Virus record (IMG/VR): IMGVR_UViG_3300027743_000484
Location: 1-24,263 of that record
Length of the DNA: 24,263 nt
DNA from: a virus
Taxonomy: Duplodnaviria; Caudoviricetes
Reading direction: 5' to 3' (one strand)
Position 1 is the stretch's first letter. Each line of letters starts with the position of its first letter. Below are positions 9,601 through 17,662 of the stretch, piece after piece. The notes beneath the pieces were generated by a model that was not told the origin of the DNA, made no database searches, and was given only the letters and a program-made list of their open reading frames with translations. Made by a program: the position numbers and the translations under genes.

Positions 9601-11643
9601 CAAGAGGGTGTAGCGGTGGACGAGGTCGCGGAGTGCGGTCAGGCGGGCCACCTCCACTTGGTCGCCCGCTGCCGCAGCAGCCTCGATCTTGGACCCGTAG
9701 GCGTTGGCGTCGAGCGTCCGCGACTCGATCATGTCGTGGACCGAGCGCCCGTAGAACAGGCCCTCGGCGAGCGCGAGCCGCTTGTCGTTGCCGCCCTTGA
9801 TGAACTTGGTGGCGGCCTCGCGGCTCATGCCCGTGGAGGCCACCAGCCGCTCGATGGCGATGCCCTCCTGCTCCTCGCGGAAGACCGTCCGGGCGCGTGC
9901 CGCCTCCTCGGGGGTCAGGTGGGAGGTGTCGAGGACGTAGTCGGGCATGGCCCGCGCCGCCTCACGCTTGGACTCGTTGACGAGCACGTCGGGGGCCATG
10001 AGGTTGACCTCACGGATGCGTGCGTTGGGCGTCGCATCGGCCATGTTCTCGGGCAACCCGCCGCGCGCCTTGATCTGCTTGACCATCGAGTTGCGGTGGA
10101 CGAGCGACATCTCGCTGTTGGCCATCCACGTGCCGAGGCTCTGGATGAAGCGCGCCTGTGGCACGCCGAGGGCCTTGGCCAGCGCTCGCACGTTGCCGTA
10201 GCCATACGCGTCGAGCGCGCCCCGGGCGTGGGCGTCGGAGCGGAGTGCGCCCACCATGTCCGCCGCGCGGTCGGTGCCGAACACCCGGAAGGGCTCGTTG
10301 AGCACACGTGCCACCGAGCCCGTCGCCCGGACGATGGGCTCCATCCGCACCACGGCGCGCTGTCGCCGGGTGAGGGTCCCCTCCGCGTACTGCAACGCGT
10401 CGTCCATGAGCGCCGGGTCGATCTCGCGGATGCCGTCGCGGACCCACTCGTTGAACACACCGGCCCGGCCCCGGGGCGGGTTCAGTGGGTCGGTCGCCGC
10501 CTTGGCCAGCGCGGCAGCCTGCTCGGACGCCGCTTCGAGTGGGGTCAAGGGGGACTGGGTCCTGATGTCGTTGGTCGTGCGTGCGAGTGCCTTGGCGGTC
10601 GCCGCCGCGTGGGCCTCGGGCGCTACCTGCGCGACACGCGCGTTGGCACGCGCCGTGCGCAGCGCGAGCGACCCGCGCTCCATGGCCCCGAGGGCGGCCC
10701 CGGTGCCGAAGGAGCCCACGATGATGGGGTCGGAGACCATGGACAGGAAGAAGTTGGCGAAGGCGTCGTTCGTGAAGGCGTAGCCGAGCTGGGTGATCTC
10801 GTCGAGGAACTGGTCGTGCGTGAGGTCACCGCTCAAGCGCCGCAGGCGCACCTCCTCCAAGGGCTGGGGGAGCGAGTTGGCAGGCGCGTTGAGGATGGTG
10901 TCCTCGACGTTGCGCAGACCCGTGCCCGCGTACGTCCGCGCGATGACCTGCTGGGGCATGCCCAGCACGCCCAGCGCCCGTTCGAGGATATTGGCGTCGG
11001 GCATCATGAGCGGGCTGAACATGCGCGGCATGCCCAGCGCCTCCATGTACTCCTGCTCGTGCATCCGCAGGTACTGGCTCATGTAGCGCAGCGCCGTGTC
11101 CGGGTCGTCGAGCGCGAGCTGCTTGATCTGCTGGGTCTGTGCGGTCACGGGCAGGCGGTCGAACGCCTCCTGCACGTCGGGCACCCACGGCAGGGGCACG
11201 TGCCCGGCCAGTTCGAGGGGCACGTCGAGCACCTGCCCCACGCCATGCGCGAGGCCCACGAGCGGGTCCCGCGCGAAGCCCGGCAGCGCACCCGTGAACT
11301 GCTCCACGAGCCCGCCGATGATGCCCTCGGCGACACCCATCCGGGGGGCCAGCCCTTGGAAGGGCGTGTTCTGGGACAGCGGTGGCCCCACCATCGGCTG
11401 GCTGATGTTGGTCTTGCCCAGACCCCGGTAGGGCGTGCCCACACGCTGGGTCGGCGTGGGCCCATCGCCACCATCGGGTGACCCGCTCGCGTAGGGCCCT
11501 CGGACGGGTCGTCCGCTGAACAGGTCGTAGGTCGAGAGGGCGGGCCCGATGGTCGCCCCGTTCATGCCGTAGTTGCGGCCCATGGGCGTGATGGCCTCGA
11601 ACTCCGACGCGTTGTGACGCGCGGAGAGACCCCCCCTGTCCAC
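3697..11643 (-). CDS. Giant (2648 aa) multidomain virion/ejection-type 'polyvalent' protein with HExxH metallopeptidase-like and ART-like regions
   Basis: Long uninterrupted ORF with GC3 bias in the structural operon. Contains 'ADPSSIVHEFAHEF...HEEYLAREFEHY...APTPGLKAIF' and 'LWHTT...ISLTYD...EHELRV'. Function is inferred. Confidence 0.8.
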   Translation of the reverse strand: MDRGGLSARHNASEFEAITPMGRNYGMNGATIGPALSTYDLFSGRPVRGPYASGSPDGGDGPTPTQRVGTPYRGLGKTNISQPMVGPPLSQNTPFQGLAPRMGVAEGIIGGLVEQFTGALPGFARDPLVGLAHGVGQVLDVPLELAGHVPLPWVPDVQEAFDRLPVTAQTQQIKQLALDDPDTALRYMSQYLRMHEQEYMEALGMPRMFSPLMMPDANILERALGVLGMPQQVIARTYAGTGLRNVEDTILNAPANSLPQPLEEVRLRRLSGDLTHDQFLDEITQLGYAFTNDAFANFFLSMVSDPIIVGSFGTGAALGAMERGSLALRTARANARVAQVAPEAHAAATAKALARTTNDIRTQSPLTPLEAASEQAAALAKAATDPLNPPRGRAGVFNEWVRDGIREIDPALMDDALQYAEGTLTRRQRAVVRMEPIVRATGSVARVLNEPFRVFGTDRAADMVGALRSDAHARGALDAYGYGNVRALAKALGVPQARFIQSLGTWMANSEMSLVHRNSMVKQIKARGGLPENMADATPNARIREVNLMAPDVLVNESKREAARAMPDYVLDTSHLTPEEAARARTVFREEQEGIAIERLVASTGMSREAATKFIKGGNDKRLALAEGLFYGRSVHDMIESRTLDANAYGSKIEAAAAAGDQVEVARLTALRDLVHRYTLLGAREMSLDDAKELLGIVESGAADAANRAREFINRFDVLHQNFERMYDEDGRLIEDAVLLDRLAVWLRDNISGGEDGVSSFPTVVDYDTLGDSLKSFIDENRRVNGGEQFAYRIAVAPAAKDQWRVSTDATGRLVGVNPWVEATAESAPAFVPTNWDTQRNRLFSPIRGEKLLFQARSRFIRRATEVHNLGRREAINLFEAVRKTASERNIQPRGLSMDEFRGIVDGVAEGLSPNLRQRLGDDGLALLTAQAFEGEMATVGLSVKLTGKMKTRSAGMGNWVGVVSEKLYPMMRFTANPIFQMQEWLEPYFFNIIRGVRPGLQWTAEDRAVLAMLDRWKLGTMFSDQAEYAYTAAQGWMSTHRPETSFGPGGQIAIANEKRMKVRDVKDRKMLNYIRDVKADSGQRWKRYMLNSAPAQWAEMEQHYGTTNAGEIAVRYWIEKGVHHADDPHYQTFLATGYIPNSIGKPHQVLMQPLAKTLGYRDPIALRKAISDGGLTEAQFRAHPVVSTFDPEFADRAWRTANFSSPEEWFDSLASSMRKGGRSAIEIDLSTRLARNMAQAGARAKGITLDEWMATHFAGKPVWVDSQRELPRAAYAQTMTSMREDIRTARRTYAGLHGGLPQRSADAAVTERAYRLLGGGPTETPVLIADRTIRAAEQAALGDGVPQMAEGILEVGTESFPMGFATDNTDDMLNSLATTVQEAGSRPTDLHEEMLAAVQTVTQLLSDEQVATLLRQNVVAHERIGMLPVTEGFVTDVVPSEVASWPGVDSYMRRALPDDLALYGHDGQGGGGLWHTTTRTDPVTEQGLRSRREVNAQGLGGGPDNTISLTYDEDHARLIAERQRVFAGAARGELTGDQVWDHFISTEWEHLYQRPYDALRTLDPDGDYRAPHWKDATDAEWRKAQRYFAREWDKRVAAGQHRSNWEMIQRADNAAHRMQGHWNNYNLQQGDPERIGGIIVVGDPDVAFASHAATPPESIRTVQVAVRRKPGRPIDWVQGEHELRVWPEDIQTLGDIEPSVSKVQGTMQDMRAEVAARMFAGYVRALDEDVAPGTAIQQMADVLHDISLKQKADPRGRTVVDHPLVAELVGDWEAGAPAAMSPFARDVMDQTFGAPKRSATMRRGTAPSFSVQAKAAAIDRHALHALGHWTPEYATAIARRMVKAGDATDIDDALGQLSARAGYDVRKPNPNQADPEVLYEWGVQKANALANAANAEDWGGRSDWTPGEMATLASTHARRIAEQHASEVEGGTVLRKALVTEVSPGFRRAPEWTNPLPPDELVSGPGSTLEGTLPQWDDLTDDQMRDVSRQVSLMAMDFVEQATGVRFVGSPIDIVMPRGGGAAAVSPLTGWSLMALTDEAADSAMDMIGATLQLDEVWGTKYTDALTADPSKGIHWALDLRLPSTATARHWDAFARYAAEAYPDGTRVLSARDTEGRQVVRIVWQPEEGVAQTTLDDFLAGMREAEAGIEDELHVGDWVNGLPDEFEWMRETILPVELDRHPVQVKMTTNRGADHPRVGSTFAHDERMARSLTRGGMTPEEAANDAIGRTYLDRLRARGDYGAEVAASVVGRWRDQAKSHIDDAYEQYAPSLAGPAAGRARLASLGGGARGETVQYQRNARGVRAALAYTDGARSTLYVLEHADPSSIVHEFAHEFARSLDESGKRALMTAYDATPTASGGRRRTSRQWGRQHEEYLAREFEHYVAGGAKTAPTPGLKAIFNAYGEWGRTNLEGGVRNVPQEVREVFDEWFRVADQSEPKATFDADEYRWMQALMQSFTMGEEQAHTRHYYKRGRSWTERSVNHPYLGMYPASYMWGKVLPAMIRFLVAKPFGVDAPFAGALMAKHAAFYAQLMIQTNPEMQDFIEKHPETIRMFQMMLPGTPWDIPVNMPAWARHAAEDAAQNRLRTEQGLAAQPTDFGKIIEDTVAYAFGGPRAIASPFNLMSEWNGANTPEPDDAANVWSQIGL
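4680..4967 (-). CDS. Candidate nested overlapping gene (+1 frame) inside the giant protein gene, 95 aa, acidic/Pro-rich
   Basis: GAGGAGG RBS 9 nt upstream of ATG 4967. Host-frame codons switch to A-ending (GGA, CGA, GCA, CTA) over this span. Confidence 0.5.
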   Translation of the reverse strand: MRSDEPISTDSGPEGTTEQRWRQAWSVGGGIKPSRTSTMRTNSTRRASQDQPQGEPGSPPSEAEPEERPSSTSATPEGSEQPLPTPTEPEAPSTS

Positions 11644-11646
11644 GGG

Positions 11647-14600
11647 TTACCTGCCCCAGCCCCGGATACCACCCCTGCCGGTGTAGCCCGACTGGAACTC
11701 CCGCTGCTCCTGCTCGGTGGTCGGCGTGCGCTGGCCGTTCGCCCGCAGGAGGGTGTCGGGCAGCCGCTGTGGGGTCGTCTTGGGTCGTGGCGTTGGCTTG
11801 GGCGGCGGCGGCGGCTTCTCGGGCTCGGGCGGCTTGGGGGTCCTGACCACCGGCTCGGGCGTGACGCGCGATCCGCGGATGGGCGCGATGGGCTTGCGCC
11901 CACTCGGGTCGAACGTGACCCGTGAGCCCATGACCTTCTCCTGATTGGCGCGCAGCCGCTCCCGCTCGGCCTCCTGTGCGTTGATGTTGCCGAAGCCCGT
12001 GAGCCCGAACAGCGACGGCAGCTTCATGACCGGACGGTCGCCCGCGTCGGCGTCGGGGTCCGGGGTCGCACCGTCGCGACGGTTGAGGATGGAGAACTGG
12101 GCGAGCCCGCCCCACTGGGTCGGGTCGCCCTTGCCACCACCCCAGATGAAGGGCCCGATGGGCACGTCCTCGTCATCGGTCACGGCGTTCGGGTCCTCGT
12201 CCTCGAACGTGTCGGTGATGCCCGGCGCGTTGGGCGCACCCCGCGATGCGCCGCCCTTGCCACGCGCGCTCTTGCCACCCGGGTGGTTGCCCGTGGCCGT
12301 GTCCGCGACCTCGGGCGGCACGCCATCGCCTTGGAGGCGGTCCGAGGTGTAGGTCGCGTTGTCCTTGTCGGCGTTGCGATGGATCGCCAGCACCTCGGCG
12401 TTGAGTTCCTGCAACCGCTGCGGGTCCCGGGCGAGCGAGGGGTCCGCGATGAGCAGGCCGTTGATGATGTCGATGGGCTCCAGCTCGGCCATGGCTTGGC
12501 GGCTCGGCTGGTCCCGGCCACCCACGAGCGTCTGGTACGTGGAGAACGTGTCGTCCTGCTCGACGGTCACCTTGTTGGTGCCGTCGGTCAGGCCGTTGCG
12601 CCCGAGGAAGTTGCCGAGGAAGGCCCCGATGCCTGCGGCGGTCTGGACGCCCTGCGCCACCAGCTCCTGCCGACCGGTGCGTGATCCCAAGCGGGTCTTG
12701 ATGATCTCCTGCCGGGCGGTCTCAAGCTGCTCGCGGATCATGCCGTGGTTCTGGGCCTGATTGGGGTCCTGTAGCTGGAGGTTGAGCTTGCGGATGCCCT
12801 CGGCCAGCTCGTCGATGCGCTGCTGGGGGTCCTTCCACGCGGGACGATCGGGCTCCTCGCGCTGCTGGGAAGGCGTGCTCTGGGTGTTGATGCGCTCGTC
12901 GTTGAGGGCACGCTTGACCTCACCGAACGCCACCTGATCGGGCTGGGAGGTGGGGGTCCGGTTGGAGGGGTTGAGCGAGGAGTCGATGATCTCCTCGGCG
13001 CTCTTGCCCGCACGCGCATCCTGCACCATGCGGGTCCACAGCTCCTGCGTGACGCCCCGGTCCTTGAGGTACTGGGGGATGTCGGGGATGGGCGTGGTCT
13101 TGGTGGTCTCACTCTTGCCGCCGAACCAGCGCGCAGGCGCATCGCTGCGTTCGCGTGCCCGGTCGATGCGCTCGTTGCTGACCTCACCGGCCCGCATCTT
13201 GTCGAAGCCGCCGCCGCCCTGCTGCCCGCTGCGACCACTGGTCACGATGCCCTGATCGATGAGGTAGCGCTGGTTCGTGGGCGTCAGCGCCTCGAATGCC
13301 TTGCGCTCCTCGGCGCTCCACTGCGACGTGTCGAGCCCCGTGATGCTGCTCACGAGGTTCCGGGCAGCCGCCGCATCCGGTGGCTGCGGCGTGGTGCCCG
13401 CGATCTCGTCGGCCCGCTCCTCCCCGAAGCGCACGACGTCCGTGAGCGCGTTGCGGGGCCGGTCCTCGTAGATGGGCTGGCCGTTCGCGTCGGTGCCGAC
13501 GACCTGCACGGTGCCCGTGCCTGTCGTCTGGTCGTCCGCGACGGTGATGATGACCTCGCCCCTGTCGTTGGTGCGCGTGCTGCGCACGAGCCCGGGGCGG
13601 ATGAGGTCGCTGCCGTTGCTCCCCACGGGCGCATCGGTCCACTCATAGGAGCCGTCGTCGCGGAACACCTGATACTGCTTGGTGCCGTCGGCCCGCGTGA
13701 ACAGGAAGGCGACGATGCCCGACTGGGGACCCTGCGTGTCGGGGTTCGCACCCGTCGGGGTCTCCAGCCCCGTGACGTTCTCCTGCGCCCCCACCTGCAC
13801 CCGGACGGGCTGGCCCACGCGCACGATGGTGATGGGCCCGGAGCCCGAGTCCACCTCCTTGCCATCACGGTCGCGATACGTGGACCCGTGGGCCTTGACG
13901 ATCTCGACCGCCGTGCCCCGCCCGGTGGCCACCTGCCCCCGTGGCACCACGCTGCGCTTGACGGTGCCGTCAGCCCCGACCTCCTCAAGGATCACGTGGG
14001 TGCCCTTGAGCAGCCGCTCGTTGTCCTCGATGTCCTGTCGTGCCAGCTCCGCGATCCGGGCGTCGCCTTGGGTGCCGCCCTGCGCGGCGGGCAGGTTGCC
14101 CTCGCTGTCGCGGATGTCGCCGACGTCCTGACTGATGGCGGTCGAGGTGCCCGAACGGTTCTCGGCGGCCTTGTCCCCACGCAGGATGCGCATGTCCCGG
14201 GTGATGTCACCCGTGAGCGTGTTGGCCCCGTTCCTCTCGGCCCTGCGGCGGATCGCACCCAGTTCCTTGAGCGCGGTGGCCCGGATGGCCATGCGCTCGT
14301 CGGGGCTCTTGCCCTCGTCGTTGATGCCCGCATCGAGCGCGTCCTGCCACACCTGCTCCACGGCGGTCGCGAGGTCGGCGTTCGAGTGGGTCTTCTGGTA
14401 GCCGCTCCAGACGCTCGCGCTGTTGTCCGCACTCCGCTTCCAGTCGTTGTAGCCCCGCCGCTCGGCGAGCTTCGACTGCTTCTTTGCGCCCTGCTTGGCG
14501 CGCCCGTACACCGCCGAGAGGTAGTCGCTGTCGAGGTGGCCCCGGAAGTGGTGCGGATCGGCGCGCCGGAGGGCCGGTTCCCACACCTCCTTCCACTGCT

Positions 14601-15255
14601 TGGCGTACTGGGGGTCGGTCTCGACCTTGGAGAAGAAGTCCTCCATCATCGTCATCTCGCCGCCGCCCAAGGCTTGGGTCCACTGGTTGCGCGATCCGAT
14701 GTCGGCGGACGTGAGCATCTGGTTGACGACGTCATCGACCGTCTCGGCGGGCTTGATGTAGGTGTCGTTGAGGCTGTTCCACTGGCTCTGGAACTGCTCG
14801 AACTTGGACTGCTTGGCCCCACTGTTGCGGGCCTTGGCGGCAGCTTTCTTGAAGCGTGCCGCGTTGGTCATGAGATCACGCCAGATGGCCGAGTTGCGGG
14901 GCACCTTGCCCGCCTCCTCGACGTAGAACTTGGCGACGCCCAGCTCCTTGATCTTGCCCTGCGTGTAGGCGAGGGTGACCTTCTGCTCCCTGATCTGGAA
15001 GCGATAGTTGAAGATCATCTGGTCGTAGTAGTCGGCCATGGGGTCGTCGTCCGACACCTCGTTCCGACGCTTCTGCCACCAGTTGAGGAAGAACTGGTCG
15101 GTGACCTTCTGCCCCTCGAACTTGCCCCCGTGGTTCCACGCGAACTCGACGTTGCGATCACGCTGGTTCTCGTACTGCGCGATCATCGACGCGATGGTGG
15201 AGGAGAGGTCTTGCGCCTCGGCGGGCAGACGCCCGAAGCGCCCGGTGCGGGCCAT
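11647..15255 (-). CDS. Large (1202 aa) hypothetical protein, probable internal virion/ejection protein
   Basis: Long ORF with GC3 bias, tightly packed in the operon (3-bp gaps). Helical basic N-terminal third, beta-rich middle, low-complexity Pro-rich C-terminus. Confidence 0.75.
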   Translation of the reverse strand: MARTGRFGRLPAEAQDLSSTIASMIAQYENQRDRNVEFAWNHGGKFEGQKVTDQFFLNWWQKRRNEVSDDDPMADYYDQMIFNYRFQIREQKVTLAYTQGKIKELGVAKFYVEEAGKVPRNSAIWRDLMTNAARFKKAAAKARNSGAKQSKFEQFQSQWNSLNDTYIKPAETVDDVVNQMLTSADIGSRNQWTQALGGGEMTMMEDFFSKVETDPQYAKQWKEVWEPALRRADPHHFRGHLDSDYLSAVYGRAKQGAKKQSKLAERRGYNDWKRSADNSASVWSGYQKTHSNADLATAVEQVWQDALDAGINDEGKSPDERMAIRATALKELGAIRRRAERNGANTLTGDITRDMRILRGDKAAENRSGTSTAISQDVGDIRDSEGNLPAAQGGTQGDARIAELARQDIEDNERLLKGTHVILEEVGADGTVKRSVVPRGQVATGRGTAVEIVKAHGSTYRDRDGKEVDSGSGPITIVRVGQPVRVQVGAQENVTGLETPTGANPDTQGPQSGIVAFLFTRADGTKQYQVFRDDGSYEWTDAPVGSNGSDLIRPGLVRSTRTNDRGEVIITVADDQTTGTGTVQVVGTDANGQPIYEDRPRNALTDVVRFGEERADEIAGTTPQPPDAAAARNLVSSITGLDTSQWSAEERKAFEALTPTNQRYLIDQGIVTSGRSGQQGGGGFDKMRAGEVSNERIDRARERSDAPARWFGGKSETTKTTPIPDIPQYLKDRGVTQELWTRMVQDARAGKSAEEIIDSSLNPSNRTPTSQPDQVAFGEVKRALNDERINTQSTPSQQREEPDRPAWKDPQQRIDELAEGIRKLNLQLQDPNQAQNHGMIREQLETARQEIIKTRLGSRTGRQELVAQGVQTAAGIGAFLGNFLGRNGLTDGTNKVTVEQDDTFSTYQTLVGGRDQPSRQAMAELEPIDIINGLLIADPSLARDPQRLQELNAEVLAIHRNADKDNATYTSDRLQGDGVPPEVADTATGNHPGGKSARGKGGASRGAPNAPGITDTFEDEDPNAVTDDEDVPIGPFIWGGGKGDPTQWGGLAQFSILNRRDGATPDPDADAGDRPVMKLPSLFGLTGFGNINAQEAERERLRANQEKVMGSRVTFDPSGRKPIAPIRGSRVTPEPVVRTPKPPEPEKPPPPPKPTPRPKTTPQRLPDTLLRANGQRTPTTEQEQREFQSGYTGRGGIRGWGR

Positions 15256-15258
15256 GGG

Positions 15259-15387
15259 TCAGCGGTGCTTCCGGCGCTTGGCCGCCGCGTTGCTGATCTT
15301 GGCCGCCTTGGTCTTGGAGTAGCCGCCCCGACGCAGGGCCTCGTAGACCTTGGGGCGCTTGATGGACGCGTACTTCTTCCCGGGCAT
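15259..15387 (-). CDS. Small basic protein, 42 aa (DUF7218-like 'YEALRR.G.SK.KAA.I.NA')
   Basis: MPGKKYASIKRPKVYEALRRGGYSKTKAAKISNAAAKRRKHR. The likely true ATG is 15387; the track's 117-aa version over-extends into neighbouring genes. Family similarity is from recall, not a search. Confidence 0.7.
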   Translation of the reverse strand: MPGKKYASIKRPKVYEALRRGGYSKTKAAKISNAAAKRRKHR

Positions 15388-15392
15388 GGCGG

Positions 15393-15542
15393 TCAGAGGA
15401 GCGCGAGGATGACGAACACGGCACCCAGCGTGCAGACGCCCCACGCGCTGATGTCCTGCCCGTTGGAGCGCAGCGCATCGACCGCGCCGAGGATGATGGC
15501 AATCGCGCCGCCCACGATCATGACCAGTTCCTCGTTGCTCAC
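15393..15542 (-). CDS. Small two-helix membrane protein, 49 aa (not in ORF track)
   Basis: GTGA overlap with the portal stop and GAGGAGGAG RBS. MSNEELVMIVGGAIAIILGAVDALRSNGQDISAWGVCTLGAVFVILALL has two hydrophobic segments. Confidence 0.7.
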   Translation of the reverse strand: MSNEELVMIVGGAIAIILGAVDALRSNGQDISAWGVCTLGAVFVILALL

Positions 15543-17620
15543 AGCTCCTCCTCCTCGGGCACTGGCGCGCCGCCGATCTCGTTCTGGAACATGAGCCGGT
15601 TGCTCGCCTCACCCTCCTTGATCATGGTCTGGGCGAGCATGGGCTCCGCGCCCGCTGCCGCCGGGCCACCGGGGGTGGCCTCGGCACCCGGCATCACCTG
15701 TGCGCCCTCGCCCTGCATCGACTCATCACCGACCGCGCCGCCCTGCTCCTGACCGAACGCGGCTGCCGCCTGCTCGGGGGACACGCCCTCCTCGCCCGGC
15801 ATCGGCTGGCCCATCTGCTGGGCGGTGATCTGGAGCTGCTGCATCGTGCTCATGAGGGCCGCCTGCACCTGCACGTCGGCGGGGAACAGCGAGGCGTCGG
15901 TGCGCTCACCCTTGACGATGGCGATCTCGGACTCGGGGTCCTCGACGCCCACCGCGTCCATGCCCCGCTCCAAGCTCCAGAGCTTGGCGTTCACGAGGTT
16001 GATGGCCATCGTGGCGGTCTCGAGATCGTCCCGTGGGGACAAGGACGGGTTGTCGGTGACCAACCGTCCGACCGACTCGAAGATGGGCTTCAAGGCGGTG
16101 TTCTTCTCGGCCCAGATGATGCCCGCCAGCTTCCAGATGTCCCTGCGCCAGCGGTACAGCAGGTCGCGCTTCATGCGCGAGCGGGTCTCGTAGTTGGCCA
16201 CCAGCGCGTTGATGGCCTTGCTGGAACTCAGGACGTTGTTGGGGGCGAGCCCGCGCAGCAGGTCGTTGAGCCCACTCACGTCCTGTAGCTCGCGGTCGAT
16301 GCGCGCGAGGTACTGCTCCGCTTGGAACGAGGGCATCCATGGCTGGATGGCCTCGATCCTGTTGCCCGCACCGGGGCCGACCACCTTGTTGGCCTGCGGA
16401 CGGAGTCCCGTGGGCACGATGTCGGGGGCTTCCGGGCCCACGAGCTGCCAATACTGTGCGTTCACGGTCTGGCTCATCATCTGGGCGTATTCGGAGAGCC
16501 GCTGCTCCTTCTCGCGGATGAGCTGCTCCACGTCGTACAGCTCGGAGCGCCCCGTGGGCAGGCCCGGCAGGTAGGTGTTGAACAGCGGGATGTAGGGGAT
16601 GGCTCCCCGGTACTCGCCGTGCTCCTCGTCCATGACCTTGTGGTCGCCCACGAAGATGCAGTTGCGGGTGACCATCGTGGTGGGCTCACCCACCTCGATA
16701 TCGTCCTCGTCCTTGGGCTCCCGGTACCAGTAGTCCCAGACCTCGACCATGGTCTGGGTGCTGTCCATGACCCCACCCGTGCGGTCGGTGCGCTGGGCGA
16801 GCGGGTCCGCGTGGGTGCCGTAGCCGCGCGTGGCCGGTGGCAGCACGGTGAGGTAGCGCTTGCCGTCCTTGCCCTCACGCCAGCCGCACTCAAGGCCCCA
16901 GTCCGCGAGCACCGCCTCGGGGGTCATGCGGTAGACGTACAGCGCCCAGTCCAGTCGGCGGTAGTCGGAACTGCCCCAGCCGAGGTACAGGTTGCGGGGC
17001 TGATCGACGATGGTGAAGCGGGGTGACTCGGCGTCCTCGTCCCACCACACCTTGGCGGCGGTCTTGCCGTACAGACCCTTGACCACACACGCCTGATGGG
17101 CCAGCTCCTCGAAGGCGACGTCGTCCTTCCACGCGAAGTAGACCCGCTCCATGGCCGCCGCCATCATCCGGCCCTGCTCGTCGGACACCAAGGGCAGGAT
17201 GTTCTCGATGGGCGGCACGCTCTGGAGCGCCGCCGGGACGTCCACGTACACGGGGTAGCTGTTGATGCTGATGTGGACGCGCCCGGGGATGCGCGCACTG
17301 GGGTGCTCGGGCCAGTTGTCCGCCCCGCCGCCGTTGGCGATGGTGGTCGGGTAGTACAGCTCGTCCCAGCGGTCGCACATCTGGGCGAACGCCTGCTGCT
17401 CCGGTTCGAGGGTCGCCTTGCGCGCCGCGATCTGGCGGTAGAAGTAGGCGTCGTCCTCGCTCGACCCGTCGCGCTTGAGGTCGTGGGGGCGTCGGTTCTG
17501 GCGCGTCTTGGGTGTCTGATGGACACGCGTATCGCTGAGTGCCGAGCTGGGATAGGGGACGACCGCCACGGGCGCGAGTGTGGGCCCAACGCGATGTGAT
17601 CGCAAGGCCCGCATATCCAA
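15539..17620 (-). CDS. Portal protein (podovirus/P22-like size, ~690 aa; start uncertain)
   Basis: Follows TerL. Contains 'G.YGKTAAKVWWD', 'VEVWDYW', 'HGEYRGAIPYI', 'GRSELYDV..L', 'LQDVSGLNDLLRG...SSKAI' and an acidic/Q-rich tail. Confidence 0.85.
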   Translation of the reverse strand: MDMRALRSHRVGPTLAPVAVVPYPSSALSDTRVHQTPKTRQNRRPHDLKRDGSSEDDAYFYRQIAARKATLEPEQQAFAQMCDRWDELYYPTTIANGGGADNWPEHPSARIPGRVHISINSYPVYVDVPAALQSVPPIENILPLVSDEQGRMMAAAMERVYFAWKDDVAFEELAHQACVVKGLYGKTAAKVWWDEDAESPRFTIVDQPRNLYLGWGSSDYRRLDWALYVYRMTPEAVLADWGLECGWREGKDGKRYLTVLPPATRGYGTHADPLAQRTDRTGGVMDSTQTMVEVWDYWYREPKDEDDIEVGEPTTMVTRNCIFVGDHKVMDEEHGEYRGAIPYIPLFNTYLPGLPTGRSELYDVEQLIREKEQRLSEYAQMMSQTVNAQYWQLVGPEAPDIVPTGLRPQANKVVGPGAGNRIEAIQPWMPSFQAEQYLARIDRELQDVSGLNDLLRGLAPNNVLSSSKAINALVANYETRSRMKRDLLYRWRRDIWKLAGIIWAEKNTALKPIFESVGRLVTDNPSLSPRDDLETATMAINLVNAKLWSLERGMDAVGVEDPESEIAIVKGERTDASLFPADVQVQAALMSTMQQLQITAQQMGQPMPGEEGVSPEQAAAAFGQEQGGAVGDESMQGEGAQVMPGAEATPGGPAAAGAEPMLAQTMIKEGEASNRLMFQNEIGGAPVPEEEEL

Positions 17621-17636
17621 GGACGCTTGTACTCAC

Positions 17637-17655
17637 GTACTCCCTACGGGAGTAC
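17637..17655. repeat. Perfect 8-bp inverted repeat with triloop, GTACTCCC-TAC-GGGAGTAC
   Basis: Read directly in the TerL-portal intergenic gap. On the minus strand the loop is C-GTA-G. Confidence 0.8.
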
Positions 17656-17662
17656 CGGCGTC

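Noticed and set aside
9079-11481. 800-aa plus-strand ORF (and similar 1953-3113, 3514-4683, 5869-7173, 7873-9072, 13888-15594, 17627-19342)
   Set aside because: Antisense shadows of GC3-rich minus-strand genes; no recognisable motifs.
3697-11643. Giant protein as an N4-like virion RNA polymerase
   Set aside because: Tempting given the capsid family and triloop hairpins, but I could not identify T7-type (DxxGR, RxxxKxxxMxxxYG, HD) or DxDGD polymerase motifs. A structure search would be needed.
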